Below are positions 25,971 through 39,883 of a DNA stretch of 64,000 bases, piece after piece. Origin of the DNA: Octopus bimaculoides (Eukaryota). The stretch lies in contig NC_068991.1 of NCBI RefSeq assembly GCF_001194135.2, positions 65,739,697-65,803,696 of the forward strand, in the 5' to 3' direction. How positions within the stretch are numbered: the first letter of the stretch is position 1; the number at the start of each line of letters is the position of its first letter. The position numbers and the translations under genes were made by a program. Under the pieces are notes generated by a model. It did no database searches. It was given only the letters and a program-made list of their open reading frames with translations, and was not told the origin of the DNA.

Positions 25971-26346
25971 GCTTACCAACCACATGGTTCTGGGTTCATT
26001 CCCACTGCGTGGCATCTTGGGCAAGTGTCTTCTACTATAGCCTCGGGCCGACCAAAGCCTTGTGAGTGGATTTGGTAGACTGAAACTGAAAGAAGCCTGT
26101 CGTATATGTGTATATATGTGTATATGTGTGTGCGTGTATATGTTTGTGTGTCTGTGTTTGTCCCCCCAACATCGCTTGACAACCGATGGTGGTGTGTTTA
26201 CGTCCCCGTAACTTAGCGGTTCGGCAAAAGAGGCCGATAGAATAAGTACTAGGCTTCCAAAGAATAAGTCCTGGGGTCGATTTACTCGACTAAAGGTGGT
26301 GCTCCAGCATGGCCACAGTCAAATGACTGAAACAAGTAAAAGAGTA
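25971..26346 (+). mobile_element. CORE-like tRNA-SINE, young copy
   Basis: Near-identical to 27002-27374, 32555-32970 and 58213-58536. Confidence 0.9.
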
Positions 26347-26588
26347 TACTTCTACAATAATTAAAGTATTTTAATAATTTTTTTATTAAATTCCTAATAG
26401 TATTTAATGATAAAAATATAATAGGATTTTTTTTTAAACATTGAATAACTCTGAGGATCCACCCAGGTAAAATAGAAATCAAAAGCGTCCGTAGGTAAAA
26501 ATGATCGAAAAATACTGGACTAGAAGGTCATTTGACACACTAGAAATAACAGCAAAAGCTCTCTAAAATCATACCATACTGTTGTGAA

Positions 26589-26734
26589 GCTTACTTTGCA
26601 ACCACACCCTTACAGGTTCAGTCCCACTCTGCGGCACCTTGGGCAAGTGTCTTCTTCTACAGCCCCAGGCCAACCAATGCGTTGTGAGTAAATTTCATAG
26701 GTGAAAACTATGTGAAAACCTATAATGTGTGTAC

Positions 26735-26771
<37 letters not shown>

Positions 26772-26988
26772 TTATGCATGTATGTGTATGTCTGTCTGGT
26801 TTGTACCCCATAATTTGACAACTGGTGTTGCTTTGTTTATGTCCCTGTAACATAAGGTTCAGCAAAAAGACACTGATAGAATATCAGACTTTAAAAGAAT
26901 AAGACATTAGGGTTAATTTGTTCAACTAAACCCTTCAAGGCAGTGCCCCAGCATGGTCACACTCCAGTGACTGAAATAAGTAAAAGAT
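26589..26988 (+). mobile_element. CORE-like tRNA-SINE, older subfamily
   Basis: Same layout, more diverged. Confidence 0.8.
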
Positions 26989-27001
26989 GGGAAAAAAAAA
27001 A

Positions 27002-27374
27002 GGCGCAGGAGTGGCTGTGGTAAGTAGCTGGCTTACCAACCACATGGTTCCTGGTTCATTCCCACTGCATGGCACCTTGGGCAAGTGTCTTCTACTATAG
27101 CCTCGGGCCAACCAAAGCCTTGTGAGTGGATTTGGTAGACGGAAACTGAAAGAAGCCTGTCGTATATATGTATATATATATATATATATGTATGTCTGTG
27201 TTTGTCCCCCCCAACATCGCTTGACAACCGATGGTGGTGTGTTTACGTCCCCGTAACTTAGCGATTCGGCAAAAGAGACGGATAGAGTCCTGGGGTCGAT
27301 CTACTCGACTAAAGATGGTGTTCCAGCATGGCAACAGTCAAATCACTGAAACAAGTAAAAGAGCAAAAGAGAGT
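27002..27374 (+). mobile_element. CORE-like tRNA-SINE, young full-length copy
   Basis: ggcgcaggagtggctgtggtaag head through gtaaaagag tail. Confidence 0.9.
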
Positions 27375-28631
27375 ATGCTTCTAAATGGAATGCTTTTTGT
27401 CATCTGAGGATATAAGCCACAACATGAACACTTCTTCACTGACTCCTGAATGCCTTTGTTATAAAGGACAGTAGATCAGTATATTTTTCTATCACTAAGT
27501 ACTAATAGAATCTATCTACTAGCTCAAATAAAGTATTGTTGCTATACTAATATTATGACGATAAATTATACCAGTCTCTTTAGACTGCTAGAAACAGCTG
27601 CACAGTCACTACACACCACATAATGCAAACTATGTACACTCAGTGAATAAAAGACAGGCCTTTTCATTGCTGGAAGACTATTCTGATCAGAGGTCTGATA
27701 TAGGTTAAACAACAACTGCCCCATCATTTACAGCATCAAGAAGCTTTATAATGGTCACCTAACCTGTCAGAAACAACAGTCAAAACTCCCTCAAAGCATA
27801 CCCTATTGTATGTAAAAACTGATGATACAGATAATGTAATCTTAGTTGCAGTGTAACTGAATAAGAAGACGGGATGATTGCAGCTGGAACACCTACCATA
27901 ATAAGTCTGGTGGAACAAACACTGGCAACAGCTGCACCGTCTCGATTGGAACTTTTCTATTACAGTATGTTGTTTTTTTATATTCTACTCACAACCCTTA
28001 TATAAATTACATACATTTAACTACAAAGAACATTATCAGTAAATAGCCAAAACTTTTGGCGTATTAAACAGTTTAAATTAGGAATTCACTAATAGACTCT
28101 TATTGTTTATGACATCCAGATATTTTTAAATATTCATGTTAGCAAGTTTTAAATGAAACAGAGGAAAATTGTTACTGACGTGAAATAAATTTGTATCTCA
28201 GAAAACAAAAAGCAAAAAGAATATCTAAAATTGAATATTTTAAAGTATTCATCATCAGGTGTTTAACTAAAATTTATGAAATATTCTTCTTTTTGAGCAG
28301 CAGATTTACATACGTACACACAGTTAAAATTAGGGAAGTGTAATGACAGCTGCTTCTGATAGGACTATGGAGGAGGTCCCCGAGGACTCTATCCCCACCT
28401 CCTAGGATTGGAAGGTGGCAAAAATGAATGGAAATGTAATAGAAGTTTCAAAGTTTTCTGAGTTTGTAAAACTAACCAATTCATGGTATTAAAACAAAGT
28501 GTAAAAAGTTTACATCACTAAATAAGAAAAACAAACAAAAAAAACTATGATATTTCTTTTACTAGTTACAACAGTCAAATGTGACCATAAAAAAGTTACG
28601 CTACAAGAGAGTAATAACATGTATTTATGTA

Positions 28632-28669
<38 letters not shown>

Positions 28670-30049
28670 TTGAAGATTTTGATTATACACATATGCATAT
28701 ATATATATATATATATATGAAGACACAAACACATACTGTCCTAGAAATGGATATCTTAGCAAACGACTAAGTCTGCAATGAACCAGTTAGCTTGCAACTT
28801 CAGCTGCTGCAAGTTGTGTAAATAGAATAGAAAGCAGAGTGGCTGGTTCCAAATATTGGTAGCACTAGGGAAAACTATGTAACAACTGGGAGTAGGAGAT
28901 AAGTCCAAGGTAGACAAAATAACAATAGTAACTGCAGCCTAATACCATATGCAGCTAGCTACATCAAAAGTAGAGCACAGACATTTTAATTCATAAAACT
29001 TTCAACTACTCTTCGGGAAAACTTACAAAACAACTCGACAGATTATGAAATGCTGTACCATATTCTGAAGCAGATGATTTTAAAATTAAATGAAAGGAAC
29101 AAGATATATTTTACAGTTGGTAAATATAACAAATAGTCCAATTAAAATAGCAGAAGTGACCGTTACCCTAAGTTCTACCTATGACAGACAGAATATGATT
29201 ATTCTATAAAACACCAATGATCTGATGCAACTGACCATATGTGTGAAAAGTTCATGGTTTTGAGTAGTTTAGCTTTCCTGGGCTTATTATCCTCTTCAAC
29301 AGTCGTTCGATCCACTATAGCCCTGGCACAACTAAAGCCTTGTGAATGGACTTGAAAGATGGAAACTGAAATATGCCCATCGTGTGTGTGTGTGTGTGTG
29401 CATACCATTGTCTAGTGCTCTGCAACCAGTATGCTGTGACATACTAGTTAGTGTGCCATGAGATGATGCTAGGTGTGCCACAGTGTAACCTGAATATAAT
29501 TTTTTTTCCCTATACTTTTAGTTACATTTTTAGTACAAGTGTACTGCAGAATTTTGAAAAGAATATAAGTGTACTGCAAGTGAAAAATGGTTTTGGAACA
29601 TTGGCCTAGACATCACATGAAGGTTATCACTGAGCATCATCACCATACAAGCAAGGTTGTTCATTTCCAGTCTCTGAAAAATATAACCTAGCCATGGGAA
29701 AAAATATTACCTTGCTCAGAAACAAGTGAAGGTTGGTGACAGGAAGAGTATCTACCTAGCCAACAAATTCCATTTGGCCCATGTAAACATAGAAAAGCTG
29801 ATGTTAAATGAATGATAAGAATAAATAATTGATTTGGAAGCTAAAATGAAAATGATCTGCCATCATTAAGGAAGAAAGACAAAAATGCTTTTGCAGGTCA
29901 TCTGCAGTTACCCCATTCAACAATCTCTATTATTCTTAAGAATAAGGAAGGAATTTCAAAGAAAAAAGTTGGCTGCCATAAGGTCACTGACAATAAAGAA
30001 TGACAAATAAATGTCCACAAAATGGGAAAGTTTCAAATGTTCATTATGA

Positions 30050-30392
30050 AGGCTGCTTCACAACCATATGACTTCAGGGTCAGTCTCGCTGTACTGCACC
30101 TTGGACAAGTGTCTTCCCCTAAAGCCTCAGGCCAACTAAAGCCTTTTGAGTGAATATGGTAGATGGAAACCATGTGGAAGCTGGTTGTGAGCTTGTGTCC
30201 TCCCACACACTACTTGACAACTGGTGTTGGTTTCTTTACATCCCCATAACTTAGCAGTTTGGCAAAAGGAACTGATAGAATAAGTACCAAACTTCAAAAA
30301 TAAGTACTGGAGCTAATTTGTGTGACTAAAACACTTCAGGGTGCTACACCAGTATGGCCACAGGCCAGTGACTGGAACAAAAGATAACAAGG
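30050..30392 (+). mobile_element. CORE-like tRNA-SINE, old CpG-decayed copy
   Basis: Family body with systematic CG>TG/CA changes. Confidence 0.8.
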
Positions 30393-30439
30393 ATAAATGC
30401 TCAGGAAACCAGCCACATGCCTCAATATGTCTCATTCCA

Positions 30440-32360
30440 GCAAACACAAGCTCAATGGACATTATAGCGACCAGAAAGCAAAATAAACAGAGGATTGTGA
30501 ATATTGTCTTTCTGCAGTGAGGAACATAGTACTTGACATATAGCAGTTATGAACAACATCCAAATAAGAGACAGACACCCAGAAACATCTGGAGAAAAAA
30601 GATAGGGAAGCTGAAAAATTGCTTAGTCGGATAAGGGATCAAAGTAGAACTAGGTGATGTATAAGTCAAAAAGAAAGAGGTGATAGAGACTTATAGAAAA
30701 TATCTAGGAGTTTCTGTGAGACTATCTACAGTGAGCCACAGACCAGATCTGTAAATGAAGTAAGTTTCCAGCCAAACAGAAGATGACATGATAGTGAAAC
30801 AGAATGGCAGATGATGTCATAAAAGCTGACAGGATTGGGAAAAAATGGAAGAAAGAGAACAAGTTAAAAATATAGGTAGCTAGAAAGAAAATTAGACATC
30901 ATGTATAATTAGTAACAAGTATAAAATACGAGATTTGCCAATATTCTGTGATGATAAAGCAAAATGTCACTATAAATCAGGATGTCATATGTAGAAAGTT
31001 TCTATAATGATATCGATGCATTCCCTCTCACTTTGATTAACACTAAGGTGAAAAAGGTACTGAAATGCTTTTATAAGAGATTCATGAATGTTGGGAGAGA
31101 TAAGCAGACCATAAGGGGGAGCAGCAATTAAAAACGACTGTTATAGCCAAGATGGTCTTTAAAGATATGAAGGCAGGGAAAGCAGCCAGACAGTTAGGTG
31201 TAGTTGCTGAGATGATAAATAACCTAGCCAAATGGGACAGGCACTTTTTAGGTAATACAGAAAGGGGTCAATCCCTATAACTGACACAGCAGTAGTAACT
31301 TTAATTATTGCAATAGTTAAGGAAATGCTCACGAAAGAAGCAGCTACAAAGATGTCAAAGAGAAGGACTAATGTATAAAAGCAACTGAGTTATAGCACAG
31401 TTATTTAGGAAGAAAATAAGATCAGACAAGAAGCATTTCAGGTTTGTGCCAGGAAGTTATACCATAGTAAGGTAACCAACTGGAGTTCTTAGCAAAGAGA
31501 AAGCCATTGAACTTAGGAATCATTGACCTGAAGAAGGTTCTGGCTAGGTACTGTAATCTGATGGTTACTAAGGAAACTAGGCAGAGATGAATGGTTTGTG
31601 AGAGCCACTGCAAGCCATGCACAAAGATAGCATCAGCAAGATGAGAGTAATGAGTACAAAGAGGAAATTTAAAAGGTGTTCTCTTTTCCATCTTGATCTC
31701 CAAGTCATTACATAATTGTTTAAGACTGTCGATGGTAACTCCTGTATGCCAATGGTCTAGTTCTGGTGGCTGAATCAGGTGAAGATTTAGAGAAATTTCA
31801 AAAATGGAAACCTAGAGAATCCAGAGATCTTAAAATCTAAGCAAAGACAAGTATTAGCAAATAAAAAAATAACAGAACTTTACTGTCAATTGGAGAGTGG
31901 CCATGCTCAATATGCAAGAAAATGTGCATGTAGAAACACCATACAGAGTAGCTTAGTGGTATTTCGTCTGTCTATACATTCTGAGTTCAAATTCTGCCGA
32001 GGTTGACTTTGCCTTTCATCCTTTCAGGGTCGATAAATTAAGTACCAGTTATGCACTGGGGTCGATGTAATCGACTTAATCCTTTTGTCTGTCCTTGTTT
32101 GTCCCCTCTATGTTTAGCCCCTTGTGGGCAATAAAGAAAAAAGAAACTCCATACAGAGTAGCTAATGTAAACAATGGGTGCACAAGAGGTGCTATGAGGT
32201 TACAGACAAGCAGAAAGAGAAGAACTGCATGAAGCAGAAGTACAGGAATAGTGAGTAGCAAGAGCACACTTAGAATATATTTCAAGTGCTCAGAAAGTGA
32301 CTTAAAGGAGATGATAGCTTCTGTTACCTAAGTGATCTAATTGACAAAAAGAGAGCATTT
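30440..32360 (+). mobile_element. Degenerate RTE LINE interrupted by a SINE (31954-32141)
   Basis: EFLAKRKPLNLGIIDLKKVLARY aligns to the RT motif EKxLAKxKPLYLAFVDLEKAFDRV. The SINE is flanked by a 22-bp TSD agaaac(a/t)ccatacagagtagct (31932-31953 and 32142-32163). Confidence 0.7.
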
Positions 32361-32554
32361 TGAGAGTTCTGGTGATTATCTTATTTTCCAAAATAGATGG
32401 ATACCCTATAAACACACACACACACACACATGTATACAGCATCTGGGGCTAAGATCAAAATCTTTATTTCTAATGCACATATCTATTTGACCTAGTCTTG
32501 TAGATATGGTTAATTATTCAGACAACTTTATAATATTGTCTTAATATATATATA

Positions 32555-32970
32555 GGCACAGGAGTGGCTGTGTGGTAAGTAGACTTGCTTACCAACCACA
32601 TGGTTCTGGGTTCATTCCCACTGCATGGCATTTTGGGCAAATGTCTTCTACTATAGCCTCGGGCCGACCAAAGCCTTGTAAGTGGATTTGGTAGACGGAA
32701 ACTGAAAGAAGCCCGTCGTATATATGTATATATATGTATGTGTGTATGTGTGTGTATATGTTTGTGTTTGTCCCCCCCAACATCGCTTGACAACCGATGG
32801 TGGTGTGTTTACATCCCTGTAACTTAGCGGTTCGGCAAAAGAGACCGATAGAATAAGTACTAGGCTTCCAAAGAATAAGTCCTGGGGGTCGATTTGCTCA
32901 ACTAAAGGCGGTGCTCCAGCATGGCCGCAGTCAAATGACTGAAACAAGTAAAAGAGTAAAAAGAGAGAGT
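32555..32970 (+). mobile_element. CORE-like tRNA-SINE, young full-length copy
   Basis: Family head, core, microsatellite and tail. Confidence 0.9.
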
Positions 32971-33539
32971 ATATAAAAAAGACTAACAATTCCTTGCTGA
33001 ATCATTTCTAAATCTGTACATCTGAAAATATTTCATCTGTCCTGGGCTTCTGCATCAAGTGTGAGTACCTTAGGATTTACAACTATGAACACATTGCATC
33101 TTCCTCTCCTTTCAATTTCATTACTTCTTTGGTCAAGCAAAAATCACTCTATATTGCTAGATTTACAGAGGGGTGTTGGCTTAATAGATAAGGTATTGGA
33201 CTGCCTCAAAAAGGGTAATGGGTTCAAGTCAACTGCTGATGTTCTATTGTATTATAAGCAAGAGACTCAATTCTAGATTGTCTCAGTTCAGCTAGGATTT
33301 GAGCCGAGGATACCAGATCATTTGATGTCAACTGTAGCAGACTGGTTTATATCATCAGCCAACACTTATGAGATCAAAGATGTATGTATGCTAACCTTTG
33401 ATACGTAACTCACAAGTCCCATCATCACAGCAGACAATACTTAGGTCAGTGGGATGTTTGTCCTGCTAGAAATAACAGTCAAATCTCAAATCACACCCTA
33501 CCATTTTAACAAGGATACATTTGATAATGTTGTCATAGT

Positions 33540-33764
33540 TGTTGTTGGCACTCCGTCGTTGATCCAATCAACGGAACAGCCTGCTCGTGAAATTAACGTG
33601 CAAGTGGCTGAGCACTCCACAGACATGTGTACCCTTAACGTAGTTCTCGGGGATATTCAGCATGACACAGTGTGACAAGGCTGACCCTTTGAATTACAGG
33701 CACAACAGAAACAGAAAGTAAGAGTGAGAGAAAGTTGTGGTGGAAGAGTACAGCAGGGTTCGCC
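33540..33764 (-). mobile_element. Second copy of the 24493-24876 SINE family, truncated by a gap
   Basis: gttggcactccgtcg...acggaacagcctgctcgtgaaattaac shared with 24493-24876. Confidence 0.9.
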
Positions 33765-34213
33765 NNNNNNNNNNNNNNNNNNNNNNNNNNNNNNNNNNNN
33801 NNNNNNNNNNNNNNNNNNNNNNNNNNNNNNNNNNNNNNNNNNNNNNNNNNNNNNNNNNNNNNNNNNNNNNNNNNNNNNNNNNNNNNNNNNNNNNNNNNNN
33901 NNNNNNNNNNNNNNNNNNNNNNNNNNNNNNNNNNNNNNNNNNNNNNNNNNNNNNNNNNNNNNNNNNNNNNNNNNNNNNNNNNNNNNNNNNNNNNNNNNNN
34001 NNNNNNNNNNNNNNNNNNNNNNNNNNNNNNNNNNNNNNNNNNNNNNNNNNNNNNNNNNNNNNNNNNNNNNNNNNNNNNNNNNNNNNNNNNNNNNNNNNNN
34101 NNNNNNNNNNNNNNNNNNNNNNNNNNNNNNNNNNNNNNNNNNNNNNNNNNNNNNNNNNNNNNNNNNNNNNNNNNNNNNNNNNNNNNNNNNNNNNNNNNNN
34201 NNNNNNNNNNNNN

Positions 34214-34254
<41 letters not shown>

Positions 34255-35923
34255 ATATATGTGTGTGTATGTGTGTGTATATATGTGTGTATGTATATAT
34301 GTGTATATATATGTCTGTGTGTGTGTATATGTGTTTATATACAGGCGTATATATGTGTGTGAGTATATATGTGTTTATATACATAAATATGTGTATATAT
34401 GTGTGTATGTGAATATATGTATATATCATCATCATCATCATCGTTTAACGTCCGCTTTCCATGCTAGCATGGGTTGGACGATTTGACTGAGGACTGGTGA
34501 AACCGGATGGCAACACCAGGCTCCAGTTTGATTTGAGCCTGGTGTTGCCATCCGGTTTCACCATATNNNNNNNNNNNNNNNNNNNNNNNNNNNNNNNNNN
34601 NNNNNNNNNNNNNNNNNNNNNNNNNNNNNNNNNNNNNNNNNNNNNNNNNNNNNNNNNNNNNNNNNNNNNNNNNNNNNNNNNNNNNNNNNNNNNNNNNNNN
34701 NNNNNNNNNNNNNNNNNNNNNNNNNNNNNNNNNNNNNNNNNATATATATATATATATATAGTTAAAATAGAATGTGTAACCTAATCCTAATTAGTGTTGT
34801 ATTAACTGACCAAGTTAGTGAGTAATAAAATATTGTACATTTATGTATTTAACATGAAAGTAAACTAGACTTATACTTCACACCTATGACAGGTGATTAG
34901 TATACATCAGAATCATTCTGTAGTCACTATGATCAATATCACAGCAGTATGAAATATTACAAGTCAAGCTAGTTAGTAGCAAAGAATAATAATTCTCTTG
35001 TATGTACAGTTACTATGAGCTGGAGTCAATGACCTAGTCAATCAACCTGCTAGAAATAGAAGCTAAATTCCTCTCAAACCATACTCTACCATATTATATA
35101 AAGCAAAACACATAAGACAATGTAGGCCTTGATGTACAAAATGATGGGGTGTTCACCACTGAAATGCCTCTGGGGCTAAGCAACATTGTTTTGTTCTTTT
35201 TCCTGAGGTCAACAAAATTAGGGCAATGTCATTTTAGCTTCATTTAAAAATGAATGACCATTAGAAAAAAAAGATTACCTAAAGCTTTAGTCAGGTATGC
35301 ACTGATAACTAAACATAATCACTAAACTTTATGGAGACTAGTAGTGATCTATGTTGACAAGAATCAATACCATAAAAGCAAAAAAGCAATATAGCTTCAT
35401 TTCTGCTTATTACCATAGTAACCAGTCTCATCTAGAATGCTAATTGGATGACATCCCAGTTGTCATTTAGCCCCAGGTCAACCTAAATTGAGCAAACTGA
35501 TGATCAAAGACTTTCCAGTTATGAACACCTATTCTATTTGTCTACATTATCAGATGTATCTTATTTAAAACAAATGGGGAGGTTTGGTTGTTAATTATAT
35601 CAAGACAATCAACCACATAGAAACACCTGCATTGGCTCAGGAATGTTTTTCACACTCAGAATACACCCCAGAATATTACTGATACTTTATTGACCATTGA
35701 CAACTGAAAAACAGTTGGCTTCAATAGAATTTAGATGAAGAAGTACAAAGCATCAAACTAGGACATCTAATCCATCAACTGAGCACTCTCCTTAACATCA
35801 ATAAACATATGAAATTACATTAACTGTTCGACACTGGACTTAGACTAAAATATATAAAAAGCCAAAGAGAAATACAGTATCTACTCCAGTATAAGTCACA
35901 CTATTTCAACTGAAAAAAAAAAC

Positions 35924-36061
35924 GGTAAATTTTCAGATTAACACCTGCACGATTTTTGCTAGGGTTTTAGGGTCAGGGTGTTAGGGTTAGGGACGGAATT
36001 CCCTAACCTTAACCCTAACACCCTAGTGAAAATCGTGCGAGTGTTAATCTAAAAATTTACC
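35924..36061. mobile_element. Fold-back MITE with internal TTAGGG-like repeats
   Basis: TIR ggtaaattttcagattaacac...gtgttaatctaaaaatttacc; internal ttagggt/accctaa arrays; homologue at 48398-48572. Confidence 0.8.
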
Positions 36062-37009
36062 AAAAAAACTGGGGGTACAACTTGTAAATAGGGCAAAGCT
36101 AAGACTATGAAAATTCTGTCTGAGGATGTAATGCTAAATTAGGAGTGCAACTTACATGAATAAATACAGCATATATACCATATTTTCCAGCATACAAATC
36201 AACGTAATATATAGTGTAAACATTCAACCAACGTCACTATCTTTCCAAATCCTGTTACATTTCACATGGAATTCTTGGCCCTCTAAAGTCGTCTTGGTGT
36301 TTATGGCAGCCATCCCTTTTTTGGAGGGCTGTAAATTTTGGTCTGAAAAATTTTGTTTGCCAGAAAATACAGTAAAAAGAAAACTATTTCACAATGGAGC
36401 CCATACATCACCACTATGTGTTATGTTCTGTGCACAAGATTATCTTTCAAAACATGCCTGAAAATTCAGGATTTTTTGTTTATTTGTTGTTGTTTTTTTT
36501 CCATCTCTACATCAAAACATTAGTTGTTTTAAACATTGTAACATTAAAAGTTTTTTTATTTTATTTACATACAACTGCTTTTATACTCATGAATGTGTCA
36601 AGATTGAACTTAACTGATGATCCTGCTTGATTTCAGTATTCATAGGAGACAACAAAACCAAGATATTTTCTAAAACGAAATGTCTTGGCCAAATGACACA
36701 GCACGGTGTCAGTGATAAGATAGATATAAAATGCCAGGCCTCTTTAGCTAACAAGTCTGTCACTGCATAGACATAACTTGTTCTGGCTCTTTCATGGTTA
36801 GAGACTACTAAAATATGCAAAAGAAATTACTGTAAACATTTTTTTTTCTTTTAATGGTGAAATGTGACATTTGGAGGCGCTGCTGAGTGCTTTATTTATA
36901 ACTAATTGAGCTCTGAATGAACAAACCTATCATAAAAATAAATGCATTCCAGTTGTGACTATTCCATCTTTACTACAGGCAAAGCATGAGCAGGATACGT
37001 TATTTGTTA

Positions 37010-37363
37010 CCTTTTACTTCTTTCAGTCATTGGGTTACGGCCATGCTGGAGCACCGTCTTGAAGGGTTCAGTCAAACAAATCGACCTCAGTACTTTATTT
37101 TTACGAACTTATTCTATCGGTCTCTTTCCTGAACCGCCGAGTTACGGGGACGTAAACAAACCAAGCGGTGAATGAGGGAGAGGGAGAACAAACATTCCAA
37201 GACACACGCATATATACGACAAGCTTCTACACAGTTTTCGCCTATCAAATTCATTCACAAAACATTGGTCAGCCCAAAACTATAATAGAAGACACGCAGT
37301 GGGACTGAACCCGAAGCCACGTGGTTGCAAAGTGCGCTTCTTAACCACAGTCATGCCTGTGCC
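37010..37363 (-). mobile_element. CORE-like tRNA-SINE, diverged but CpG-retaining
   Basis: Family body with intact CpGs (gaaccgccgagttacggggacgt). Confidence 0.85.
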
Positions 37364-39819
37364 TATGTACAGGTTGTTAATCCAGGTGACCTTTTATTTT
37401 TAAAATAAAAGGGTGTGACTTAAAAGAGATTTGGTTGTTGTTTCTAGCAGCGTGAGAGACTGCGTAAAGGCTTCCTCGTTAGCTTTAGTACCACAGAGTT
37501 GTTATTTAGCTGCAAGTAGTCTTAATTGAATAGACCTATAATAAAAGGCGTTCTAGCCATGACCATCCTCTTTTTTTTTAATCAGCAACCAAGTTGTACA
37601 ACGTTTCCTTTATTATTTAAAATGGCAGGGCGTGGGTTTGAGAAGACTTGTTTGCAATTTATAACAGGCTGGGTAATAACACAGCGGAAGAACTGTTTTT
37701 TTGGTAGCTGTATGTCCATTCTGAGTAATCTATGACACACAACTGATGAAGCATTTTAGAAGCAACAAATATTCTTTGTTACATTTTAGATTTTAAATTT
37801 TCAAATATGATTCACATTTAAGCTATAGGGAGTTTATTGGGAAATGTGGCCACTAAACTGAGAAGCTCAAAGCTTAGTATAAGAGAAGCATATCGAAGTG
37901 TTGGCCTCAACACAAGAAACACGTCCTCTCAAATCACGTCTCTATAAGCCTTAAAAAAAGAATGACATGCTAGATAATGTAACTTTAGATATACTATGTA
38001 TGAATAAAGGTTGAGGTAGCTACAATTGCCATGTATATGATCATAGACTTGTTAAATCATGACTGACCCATGGCTATAGAACGACTCTTGCAAGTCCATT
38101 TGGTTACTGTTTAAAAGCATTTCACTTCAAACAATGTACAAGTTGTTTCTCATCTTCAATAAAATAAAGCTATGTACCTCTGAAAGAAATCCATGAAACC
38201 GAAGTTCGAGTCACTTTAAAATGACAAAATCACATTAAAAATGTTCGCCTTAATAAATTATGAATCCCATTAGTTCTAAACGACCAGATTTATTTGTGAC
38301 TATTAAGGTCCTTCCCTCTTTGTTTCCATGATAGAAAGAGAGAGAGAGAAAAAAGAATACTTCTACTAGAAGTCCTAGAGCATGGAAAATAAAATCAACA
38401 TCTTGGTATTCTACAGCTTTTGAGTTCAAATCAAGAAAGGTACAATTTACTCTTCACTTTAACAGTAAAGATAAAATAAGCAAAGAAATATAACGGGTAG
38501 GTCCAAACGAGATTGTGTGTCGAGATAAAGCAACCATTATAAACCTTCAGTTTTCACAGTAAGTTAAACATTCAATTTTCAGAGCGACAGCTCGTGTTTG
38601 ATGTAAACATATACAGTAAAAACAATGCGATAATGGTTTCTCTTAAGGACATCTGTGTCAATGTTGTCTCCCGCAAGAGTATTGGTGGCGTAAGTAATTC
38701 CAGTTAGGAATCGAAACATGGTCGCATACCAGATTTACATGAAAAACAAAGATTTAATTTAACCGGATCTCAGGTTAAATGACAGGTAGATAGTGTAAGT
38801 CAAGCGACATACTACATGCCAGTGCATCAGTGGATATACTGAGAATATTGTGACCATTAATTGAATAAATAAACTGCTAATGGACAAAGAAAGTGGGAGG
38901 ATACAATGAAATACATTTCACACAAGCTGTGTGCATGTGAGAGAGACGTTGTTAGCCTTGTGCAAAAGTAGCTGTATGTATATATAAGCAGTTTGTGTGT
39001 GTACGGGTGTATAAACTACCCGTATAGCACACACACACACATGGATATGGCTGGTGTCAAACGATTCTTTACAATCAAAATGGCTTAGACGGGAACAAGC
39101 TAACTTGAACAAGTGATATATATGCAGTTAAATAAGAATTCAATCAGCTTGTGTATGACAATAAGAAAAAAATATGTTATCTATGTTGTCTGATGTTGAA
39201 AGTTCTTTCAAAACTGTCAAACTGTTTTGCCGGGTTACCTGAGAGAATGAGAAACTGTCAACGACCGAACACATACACAGCCGAGTAAAACAACACCTTT
39301 ATATTATATATTACTAACCAGTAGCATTTATATATACGTATATAATGGTCAGTTGTCGGTAAAATGAAGATAGTAGATAGGATTTCGTTTTTCATCGGTG
39401 TATAGATTGAAGTTTATCATTTTTTCCATTCTCCTATTGTTAAACCGCAGAAATAATTAATAGTTAAGTTGTGTTAGTTAATGCGAGTACCTGATATTTG
39501 GTATTGAAACAGTGGAACTTATTTATAGTTGTGAAGATGTTAAACAGCACTGGGAATAAACAGCAAGAGTCCAGTGCTGCCAATGTCTTTAGTGATAATG
39601 TACGTGAAAAACAAGAACTGTTTGCAGTAGAAAGTTCTTTTAGCAAGCAATTAACACGTTTAATTAGTTCTTTCAGAAACTAGTTTGAAATTAATTAAAT
39701 AAATAAAGGAATAAATAAATAAAAAAACATTAGCTACGAAGTCATGCTTTAACGAAACACACAAACCAAGTGAATTCAAGTCATTATTAGGGTTAGAAAA
39801 TTAGTTGTTTATCATAATA

Positions 39820-39838
39820 CATCCGGAAGTCATGTCTT

Positions 39839-39883
<45 letters not shown>

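Noticed and set aside
27872-27965. Short open frames on both strands with plausible donors
   Set aside because: Acceptors are poor, no homology recognised, several equally weak readings.
36260-36343. 84-nt frame-preserving minus-strand exon candidate (DQNLQPSKKGMAAINTKTTLEGQEFHVK)
   Set aside because: Weak donor (AAT|gtaaca) and no homology; kept only as a possibility.
39238-39300. Minus-strand donor CAG|GTAACC suggesting a non-coding first exon
   Set aside because: The MSETY exon at 40323-40338 is a better first exon; this site would then be intronic or cryptic.
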